Origin: a virus
Strand: one strand, 5' to 3'
Length of the DNA stretch: 64,000 bases
Virus record (IMG/VR): IMGVR_UViG_3300020438_004435
Below the pieces are notes generated by a model that saw nothing but the letters and a program-made list of their open reading frames with translations, was not told the DNA's origin and did no database searches. This document shows, piece after piece, positions 41,500 through 48,742 of the stretch; the first letter of the stretch is position 1, and the number at the start of each line of letters is the position of its first letter. The position numbers and the translations under genes were made by a program.

Positions 41500-41883
41500 T
41501 TACTGTATATTTTCTGATTCGTTAGCCATTGCCATATCTAATTCTAAAGAGCAAGGTATCTCCCCGTCTTCTTCAATAATCTGTATGTCAGTCATAAGTG
41601 ATAAAGCTTCTTGAGGAGTTATATGTAAGTTTTGAGGATTGTTTTGTCTTTGTACCTCTGTATAAACTACTATCTCTTGGTACATATCAATGTCGGAAGC
41701 TTTGATTAAGGTACCTTGGTCATCTAGATGAGATTTGAAGATTAATACTTCTCCAACTTGTACTAGGTCTGTTAACTCTTTTTTCGTCAACTTAAAGAAG
41801 TCTTCAGTAATTGTATATATGTGGTATTCAGTTACTGAATGTGATTGAGTTGATCTTGCTTGTAAATTTAATTTTGATTTCAT
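41500..41883 (-). CDS. Hypothetical protein ending IPCSLELDMAMANESENIQ
   Basis: 127 aa; shares its C-terminus with the neighbouring gene. Confidence 0.65.
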   Translation of the reverse strand: MKSKLNLQARSTQSHSVTEYHIYTITEDFFKLTKKELTDLVQVGEVLIFKSHLDDQGTLIKASDIDMYQEIVVYTEVQRQNNPQNLHITPQEALSLMTDIQIIEEDGEIPCSLELDMAMANESENIQ

Positions 41884-41884
41884 A

Positions 41885-42163
41885 TTATTGTATATTTTCT
41901 GATTCGTTAGCCCATTCCATATCTAATTCTTTTGAGCATGGTACAATATTATGCTTTTCAACTAATGCATTGTATGCCTTATCATATTCCTTGTCGAATA
42001 GATCCAAGTCTAATGGAGTCGCATTTTCAAGAACGTATTGTTCATGATTCTTTTTTAGTGTTTCTAATTCAAATTCAAACGCAACTCTTTCAGTTGTTTT
42101 ATTATCAATTTCTTGTAGTCTAGCAATTTCAGTCTGCAACTCTTGTAATCTTTCTTTTGTCAT
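41885..42163 (-). CDS. Coiled-coil hypothetical protein ending VPCSKELDMEWANESENIQ
   Basis: 92 aa; shares its C-terminus with the neighbouring gene. Confidence 0.65.
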   Translation of the reverse strand: MTKERLQELQTEIARLQEIDNKTTERVAFEFELETLKKNHEQYVLENATPLDLDLFDKEYDKAYNALVEKHNIVPCSKELDMEWANESENIQ

Positions 42164-42164
42164 T

Positions 42165-42329
42165 TTATTTATATTTTTTAATCAATTCTTTATAGTTTTC
42201 CATGATGTAAATAATTTCTTCTTTATTTAATCCTGTTAACATTTTTACATTTGTTAAGTCGAACATATTTGTTACTCCGCTTAATCTACACCCTTCATAT
42301 CTATTGAATTGTGTTTTAGTAATTTTCAT
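42165..42329 (-). CDS. 54-aa small phage protein (not in ORF track)
   Basis: MKITKTQFNRYEGCRLSGVTNMFDLTNVKMLTGLNKEEIIYIMENYKELIKKYK; fills the gap. Confidence 0.65.
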   Translation of the reverse strand: MKITKTQFNRYEGCRLSGVTNMFDLTNVKMLTGLNKEEIIYIMENYKELIKKYK

Positions 42330-42337
42330 ATCCGTTA

Positions 42338-42580
42338 TCATACTAATATCATATGTTTAGGAACATTATATATATTTCCATTTATATTCACTTTACATTT
42401 TTTATGATTTACCTTTACTACCTCACAAGATACGCCAGCGAACTTAGGCGAATCTATTTGAACTTTCTGGCCTATCTTAAATCCGGAATGTTTCAAAGCC
42501 ATCATTGTTTCTATTTGACCTTTTAATGTTTGTAATTCTTCATAAGACATTAAATGAAGATTTTCGAAATTTTTTTGCAT
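42338..42580 (-). CDS. Small KOW/SH3-like protein
   Basis: FKIGQKVQI...GVSCEVVKVN.KKCKV. Confidence 0.55.
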   Translation of the reverse strand: MQKNFENLHLMSYEELQTLKGQIETMMALKHSGFKIGQKVQIDSPKFAGVSCEVVKVNHKKCKVNINGNIYNVPKHMILV

Positions 42581-42590
42581 TTTTTAATAT

Positions 42591-42700
42591 TTTTATTAGC
42601 ACTCTAGAACTTTGTGTTCCTTATTATTTATATATAAATATACGAAGAATATCGCACTTTTCCTACAAAAATCGCAGGTATTTTAATAAAGTTATGAACA
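42591..42700 (-). promoter_or_regulatory. Duplicated promoter + leader, copy 1
   Basis: CGTATATTTATATATAAAT, hairpin GAAC-ACAAA-GTTC, then AGAGTGCTAATAAAA; near-identical architecture at 44097-44215. Confidence 0.7.
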
Positions 42701-42794
42701 ATATTAATGGCCATTCTATGAATACAAGCCATGATATATTGATAGTATGATATAGTAAATTTAATAATATTATTAGTGTTATTAGTTCAATCAT
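42663..42794 (-). CDS. Candidate 43-aa hydrophobic peptide coupled to ligase (not in ORF track)
   Basis: MIELITLIILLNLLYHTINISWLVFIEWPLILFITLLKYLRFL; TAATG overlap with the ligase stop. Confidence 0.4.
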   Translation of the reverse strand: MIELITLIILLNLLYHTINISWLVFIEWPLILFITLLKYLRFL

Positions 42795-44086
42795 TATACC
42801 GATCTTCCATTTTCATAAACATGCTTTACTGTTGGAAATCTTAATGATATTCCACCCTCCTGATTCTTTGTCTCTTCGAAGTATTGAACTGTAATAGTCT
42901 TACCTATAATCTTACTATGATCTTTACCGAACTCTTTTCTTTGTTCTAAAGAGAATCCTGATCCAACTCCAACCTTATGGCCTTTATGTTTAATCATAAT
43001 TTGGCTTAAAGCATTTATAGTCTTTTCTTTACCTTCTGACACTATTCTAATATCTCCATTAGTAGCTCCCATAACCTTATATTCCTCATCATGGAACTTC
43101 TTAACTTTTAATAGATTTTTTGTTCTCTTACCTTCATATTTTACATTCTTTCTTAACATGATACCTTCCCAATTATTATCGGCAGCTAACTTAACCCATG
43201 TCTCAAAATGATCATCGCCTGTAATTACAGCTTGTTCTTCATACATTAAGTGATGCGAATAATTAGATGTAATTTGATAAAGAAAAGTCCTTAATGTTTG
43301 TAATCTATGCTCTAACCAACTAGAGTCAGCTTCTCCATTAAATTCCTTTATATGTAACATATCAAATATCTTAAATACTGGATCCTCGATAGTATGATCT
43401 TTTTTCTTAATTTCTTTCATTACACTTTGAAAATCTTCATTCATATTTTCATCTAGCAAACAAATCTCTCCATCAAATACATAATTAACAATACCAGTAG
43501 ATTCGATAGCCTTCTTTATTTTATCCAATGTTGTAAATTCATTTCCTACTCTAGAATATAATTTACATTTACCTTCTTCATCAACAATAGCTAAACATCT
43601 TACTCCATCTAATTTTCTAGATGCATACCAGGTATCATTCCAATCTACTAATTTAGGCTCATATACATTAGCTAATGCTACTTTGAATTCTGGTATTAAA
43701 TTTGGAATAACCTTATTAATAACAGATTCAGAAGCTCTTATTTCAAGGTTTCTATCTAATATAGAGAATATAAGATCTTCGAATCCTTTATTAACCTCTA
43801 CAAATCTATTAACTAATTTAATTGCATCATGACCTGTAACTTTTCTTGTTGCTAAAAAATCTAAAACCTGAAATAATGTATGATGGCCTTGTGCTATCTT
43901 ATCACTATTCTTCTTACAGTTCTTACTAGTAACATGATATTTGAAATAAGGATTATAAGTATAATATAATACCTTTGTAATAAAGGAATCATCCTCTATA
44001 CTTTTAATAATTTTCTTTTTCTCTAATAGAGAAGATGTAGATTTCATTCTATCTACAAACTCTTGTAACCTTTCTAATTCTTTCAT
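42794..44086 (-). CDS. ATP-dependent DNA ligase
   Basis: RKLDGVR (KxDG), FDGE, FDML, EGIMLR, LLKVK and SLRFP. Confidence 0.95.
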   Translation of the reverse strand: MKELERLQEFVDRMKSTSSLLEKKKIIKSIEDDSFITKVLYYTYNPYFKYHVTSKNCKKNSDKIAQGHHTLFQVLDFLATRKVTGHDAIKLVNRFVEVNKGFEDLIFSILDRNLEIRASESVINKVIPNLIPEFKVALANVYEPKLVDWNDTWYASRKLDGVRCLAIVDEEGKCKLYSRVGNEFTTLDKIKKAIESTGIVNYVFDGEICLLDENMNEDFQSVMKEIKKKDHTIEDPVFKIFDMLHIKEFNGEADSSWLEHRLQTLRTFLYQITSNYSHHLMYEEQAVITGDDHFETWVKLAADNNWEGIMLRKNVKYEGKRTKNLLKVKKFHDEEYKVMGATNGDIRIVSEGKEKTINALSQIMIKHKGHKVGVGSGFSLEQRKEFGKDHSKIIGKTITVQYFEETKNQEGGISLRFPTVKHVYENGRSV

Positions 44087-44096
44087 TATATTTTTA

Positions 44097-44215
44097 ATTT
44101 TATTAGCACTCTTGAGCTTCGCGCTCTTATTTATTTATATATAAATATACGAAAAATATATGACATATACAACCTTTTTCGCAGTTATTTTGCAAAAAAG
44201 TGTAAAAAGTTATGA
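44097..44215 (-). promoter_or_regulatory. Duplicated promoter + leader, copy 2
   Basis: TTGTAT-N17-TATATT, hairpin GAGC-GCGAA-GCTC, then AGAGTGCTAATAAAA, upstream of the ligase. Confidence 0.7.
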
Positions 44216-44223
44216 AAAATTGA

Positions 44224-44622
44224 TTATTTTTTTACTTTTATGTGAATTACTTCCTGGACTTCAGTATTGATTCTTTTAAGTCCTTCATCGTTTGTAACTA
44301 GCATGCAATTTCTATAATTATCCCAATCAACCTGGTAAGTTGTGTCAAGAACGCCATTATTTAACATTTTTATAAGAACATTTAATGCATTAATAGTATA
44401 TAATGTATTTGTCATTTTTTTACGATGTAATGAAATTGTATTTGCTAAAATATTTACCTGAGTAGATGCGTCTATATTATATGTGCACATTAATTCCGGT
44501 GTTTCTTTACTTTTTAATACGAAAACCTTATTAAAAAGAATATCATATGATTCTATTATTGTATCAACCGTAGGGTGTAATACCTTAGGTGATGAAAAAG
44601 TACATAGTAATTGTGTTCTCAT
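44224..44622 (-). CDS. Hypothetical phage protein
   Basis: 132 aa; LLCTF...HRKK.TNTLYTINALN. Confidence 0.6.
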   Translation of the reverse strand: MRTQLLCTFSSPKVLHPTVDTIIESYDILFNKVFVLKSKETPELMCTYNIDASTQVNILANTISLHRKKMTNTLYTINALNVLIKMLNNGVLDTTYQVDWDNYRNCMLVTNDEGLKRINTEVQEVIHIKVKK

Positions 44623-44647
44623 TATTTATTCTTTTCTTCTTTTTGCA

Positions 44648-46717
44648 TTATATTTTTCCTAATACTTTTGAGCCATCCATTATACTACCCCCTGATACTG
44701 AGAATGAGAACGTATCCCTACTTCCAGATCTTAAATCTACTTGTGTATACTTTGTTCCTTTTTCTGTTATAGAATGTAGAATCCACATTTTTACAGCAGT
44801 ATAACCTTTACCCTTTTGAACACTTGATTCCACAACTACACCAGGTACGGATTTTCCATCCTTAACTGCATCGGTCATGTTCATAGCTTTAAGTTTATCT
44901 TCTCTAAATTCTTTTCCACTCTTTAGGTATTCCCAAGCTGTCCCACTAATATCTGCTCCGTATACTTTGAACATTGGTAAGTCCGTTTTTCCAAAATACA
45001 TTTCCTTTTCCAATTCTACGAATTCTTCTAATACAGTTGTGACATCCTTTATTTCACCTTTAGAACTTGCAAGCATTTTTGTTAAGTGTTCATAAGCAGT
45101 AAAGTTAATCATAAGCTTTATTATATAATTTGCACCATCTTTTATATCTTTTATTGTATAATCTTCAGGACCTGCTGATATTTTTGTAGGATATATTCCG
45201 TCATTTGCGACGTTTAATAGTCTTTCTAAAATACTCCATTGTTGTTGAGCTTTGTTTAGTAGGTTATTAGAATATGACTTATCCTTATTCATGGCAGCTC
45301 TTGCAACCATCTCAGCATAGGCACCATAACTATATCTAGGTGATTTAGCTTCCTTTAACGTCAGAGGTGCTTTATTAAATTCCTTTTTCATAAATGATTC
45401 GAGTGATGATGAAGGTTTATTCATACTAAACGTAAGGCTTTTTAGAACTGAGGATGAGAATTTAGCAACCTTGTTTTTTGCCTTATCTAATAAGGTTGTA
45501 AACTTATCCTTAATATATTTTAATCCCTGCTTAAAGTATTGTGCTAGGCCTTCATTTAATAAAAATCCTTTATCGCCATGTTCAGCAATTTCCTTTTGTA
45601 GATAAACCCTCCATGTATCCATAGGTTCCTTTAATCCATACATATCTGCAAATGCTACCTGAATTCTACCTAGCTGGGCTCCGCCCTTTTTAAGTTTATT
45701 ACTTATTTGAAAAAATTCAATACCGGATTCCGTTTTGCACTTGCCTGAACTATCGAATTCTATTTTCTCACTTTTCATTGCTGTGATAAGAGCTTGAGTA
45801 CTTCCTTTAACTATAACCGTATCTGCTGTATTGTCCTTAAAGCCTGAAGTATCAAGATTTTTATTTTCATATCCAGCCTTATAATAATTACCTATACTTG
45901 AGTGTATAAAATTCCAACCTTTACAGCCATGTGCCGATGCAAATGCATGTACGCCGTTTGCTAATTCTAAAGCACGTATTACATCAGGTATACCTTCTAT
46001 AGCGCTTAGTCCAGAAGCTCCTGCATATTCGCCTGATTTACCTAAGGCAGACTTGAAAGCATTGATTGCACCCTCAACATCTGATTGTTGAGCATTTGGA
46101 GTCATTATTTTTGTGTAGTAAGATGTAGGGTCAAAATATAATCCTGTACAAGCTGCTGATTCTAATTCTTTTTCTCCCCAAGATATCTTAAATGATGAAG
46201 ATTTTTTTGTAGCATTCTTAAAAAGTTTTGACATCTTTGTTTTTGCACCGCTTATCTTATATGTTTTACCTCCAGCACTAATATATGCAATTTTAGGATT
46301 TGTTTCTCCTGGTGATAAGTCGACATCGATAGCATCGGATGTTTTTGCAACAACCGTATATGGTCCTTTTGGTGCATCCTTCCATACATTGAATGTTTGT
46401 GCTCCAGCTAGCTGTTCTGTTCCTACAGGCTTATCCCATACAGAAGACTCTACTAGTATACTTTCATCACTAATAATTTTTCCAACCTTTACACAGAATT
46501 CCTGAAATGTTTTTTCATTGAGGTGTTCTGATGGTTGTTGATCCTTACCAGTTGCACTTAGATTAGCTACTAATTCCTTAATAAATTTATGTGAAAAATT
46601 TTGTTCAAACAAAACCTCCATCAATGTTGTCAGATGGTTATCATTAGATACGTCAGGCATTCCATTACCTACTCGCCAAGACCATTCTCTTAATATTTTA
46701 TCTGCGTTGAACTTCAT
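44648..46717 (-). CDS. Large hypothetical protein (possible head-packaged protein)
   Basis: 689 aa, class-II motif 6 nt upstream, several (L/I)xE-like motifs, and a possible E..D..SxK arrangement. Confidence 0.55.
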   Translation of the reverse strand: MKFNADKILREWSWRVGNGMPDVSNDNHLTTLMEVLFEQNFSHKFIKELVANLSATGKDQQPSEHLNEKTFQEFCVKVGKIISDESILVESSVWDKPVGTEQLAGAQTFNVWKDAPKGPYTVVAKTSDAIDVDLSPGETNPKIAYISAGGKTYKISGAKTKMSKLFKNATKKSSSFKISWGEKELESAACTGLYFDPTSYYTKIMTPNAQQSDVEGAINAFKSALGKSGEYAGASGLSAIEGIPDVIRALELANGVHAFASAHGCKGWNFIHSSIGNYYKAGYENKNLDTSGFKDNTADTVIVKGSTQALITAMKSEKIEFDSSGKCKTESGIEFFQISNKLKKGGAQLGRIQVAFADMYGLKEPMDTWRVYLQKEIAEHGDKGFLLNEGLAQYFKQGLKYIKDKFTTLLDKAKNKVAKFSSSVLKSLTFSMNKPSSSLESFMKKEFNKAPLTLKEAKSPRYSYGAYAEMVARAAMNKDKSYSNNLLNKAQQQWSILERLLNVANDGIYPTKISAGPEDYTIKDIKDGANYIIKLMINFTAYEHLTKMLASSKGEIKDVTTVLEEFVELEKEMYFGKTDLPMFKVYGADISGTAWEYLKSGKEFREDKLKAMNMTDAVKDGKSVPGVVVESSVQKGKGYTAVKMWILHSITEKGTKYTQVDLRSGSRDTFSFSVSGGSIMDGSKVLGKI

Positions 46718-46723
46718 ATCTTA

Positions 46724-46731
46724 TATAAATA
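46724..46731 (-). promoter_or_regulatory. Candidate class-II motif TATTTATA
   Basis: Lies in the 34-nt intergenic gap before the 689-aa gene. Confidence 0.4.
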
Positions 46732-46751
46732 GAAATTTTATAGGGGAAACC

Positions 46752-48062
46752 TTACTGCAATACATTATAATTGTCTCCTCTCTTAGTTTTGATAGGAAAA
46801 TATAGTGCTTCTTCTACATCATGTAAAAATGAATCCTCATCACTTGGGTGGTAATCAAATGTGAAGGAATCGTAAGTGTATAAAATAAGTTTTGATTTAT
46901 ATTTATCCATAACATTAATTAATTTATCCAAAATTTTACTGTTATATTCTGTCTCTAATGATTGTAGAAAATAGTTTAACAATTTCGGTGGATTCATATC
47001 CACTAGATTAGAAGCATATAACTTTCTTTTATATAAATATGTAGAAATATAACTTTTGGCCTTATATTCCTTCCACAATTTCTTTGTAAATATATCTATT
47101 TTATTAAAAAATTCAATACTTTTCATTTCACTTGGAATACCTCCATATAAAATTCTAAATGATATTGTTTTAGCTTCTTTATATTCCTCGTCCGTTAATA
47201 CATCCTTACCAAAATACTGCTTACCTAAATACATGTGAATAGATTCATCAGGAAATTTATAATCTATAACCTCAGCCATCATTCTTAAATGGTATGCATC
47301 AAAATCACATTCAACAATTTTACCATTCTTAAATCTACTTATATATTTTTCCCTCGTGCCGTCTTCCTTATTAAGAGCCGCATAATTAATACCACCATAT
47401 CTATTGGATGGTCTACCTGTACTAGTATATAAATTATATTGTGAATACTCAAACCCTTGCATAGTAAATAAACCCGATTCCTCTATTTTATATAAATTAT
47501 ATAAGGTATTGTTATTATACGTATTATATGCATCCCTATCCACCTTATCAAAATCATACTGTTTATACGCGATTTCCTTAAGTTTACGGCACTTTTCCAA
47601 GTGTTTGAATATAGGAATAAGGGTGCCAATCTTTGGAAAATTGTAATATTTACGTTCTATAAAATTATGAGCTACTGTATTGTTATTTGATAATTCTAAT
47701 GGTATATTAGTATGAAACCAATTAGCTAAATTGAGATCTAATATCTTTTCACTTTCAATCTTATTCCATTTTAATATATGTAATAATTCCTTTTTATCTG
47801 GTGTAAGTATTTGTGTAAAATTTGATAATATTTTAGCCGCCTGATCAAGATCAAATGATGTTAAAGCTTCTGGGTGATTCATAGGAATAATAAACTCATG
47901 ACCCTCATCCTTATCTATGCCTAAATATAAATAAAATAAACATAAATCATTTTTAGCTGGATGTTTGTATATATCAGAGAATATAGGTATCACAAAAGCC
48001 GTTGAAAACTTTTCCGACATATTAAATAAACTAACTACACTTTGTGGAGTTTCTACAATCAT
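46752..48062 (-). CDS. Short, divergent family A DNA polymerase
   Basis: TSTGRPS, motif A DFDAYHLR, motif B AKTISFRILYGG, LLNYFLQS and motif C TYDSF. Confidence 0.8.
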   Translation of the reverse strand: MIVETPQSVVSLFNMSEKFSTAFVIPIFSDIYKHPAKNDLCLFYLYLGIDKDEGHEFIIPMNHPEALTSFDLDQAAKILSNFTQILTPDKKELLHILKWNKIESEKILDLNLANWFHTNIPLELSNNNTVAHNFIERKYYNFPKIGTLIPIFKHLEKCRKLKEIAYKQYDFDKVDRDAYNTYNNNTLYNLYKIEESGLFTMQGFEYSQYNLYTSTGRPSNRYGGINYAALNKEDGTREKYISRFKNGKIVECDFDAYHLRMMAEVIDYKFPDESIHMYLGKQYFGKDVLTDEEYKEAKTISFRILYGGIPSEMKSIEFFNKIDIFTKKLWKEYKAKSYISTYLYKRKLYASNLVDMNPPKLLNYFLQSLETEYNSKILDKLINVMDKYKSKLILYTYDSFTFDYHPSDEDSFLHDVEEALYFPIKTKRGDNYNVLQ

Positions 48063-48088
48063 AACCTTTTTTACCTTTTACTTAATTA

Positions 48089-48117
48089 AATATACAAAAA
48101 TTAATTCAATTTACCAA
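48089..48117 (-). promoter_or_regulatory. Class-I sigma70-like promoter
   Basis: TTGGTA-N17-TATATT upstream of the PolA-like gene. Confidence 0.72.
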
Positions 48118-48741
48118 CTAATCACCGCGGTAAACCTCATCGTATTTTGAATACTCTACATAATTGTAAATGATGGTATGTAATTCAGCTATTTCTTTAC
48201 TATTAGAGGCCACTGTTCTCATATTAGTATCTTCAACACCTGATTCCAAAAGCTTTCCATCCTTACCATATATATCATTTTTTGGACCTGATACTTTCCA
48301 CTTCATTGTAATGGCTTTATATAGAAAGGGATTTATACCCTCATCCTTAGCATCGTATTTATCATACTGATCTTTATCTATTTCCAAAATCGGAGCTGAG
48401 ATATCATTTCTTTTTCTAATAAAATATCGCATCATATATCCACGAGTCATATCATCCTCATTTGGTAATATTATCTGATAGTATGGATCATTAAATTTAT
48501 AATCATGAGCTACATTATTTGATTCTGCTAATTTAATATATGTCCTTATAGTATCCGAATCATATGTAACCAGATTTCTCAATGGTTTACTAGAACCTTC
48601 ATCAAATACTCTACCAGTATAAGGTCCAGTAGATGTTACATTATAATAACCAGTATAAGCAACATAATCCATTAACATAAATTTGGAGCCATCTGTATAT
48701 TGATTTTCCTTTTTAATATGTGAGGGTGTATATCTTGCCAT
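48118..48741 (-). CDS. Hypothetical protein, last gene of baseplate cluster
   Basis: 207 aa; position only. Confidence 0.5.
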   Translation of the reverse strand: MARYTPSHIKKENQYTDGSKFMLMDYVAYTGYYNVTSTGPYTGRVFDEGSSKPLRNLVTYDSDTIRTYIKLAESNNVAHDYKFNDPYYQIILPNEDDMTRGYMMRYFIRKRNDISAPILEIDKDQYDKYDAKDEGINPFLYKAITMKWKVSGPKNDIYGKDGKLLESGVEDTNMRTVASNSKEIAELHTIIYNYVEYSKYDEVYRGD

Positions 48742-48742
48742 T

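Noticed and set aside
41488-41512. Plus-strand promoter (TTTGG...GTATATT) inside the duplicated C-terminal tag
   Set aside because: TTG-to-TATATT distance is 14 nt instead of the 19-20 nt seen in the real copies.
42762-42775. Perfect 14-bp palindrome TAATAATATTATTA as an origin or operator
   Set aside because: It contains only A/T in a very AT-rich genome, has no iterons nearby, and lies within a candidate small ORF.
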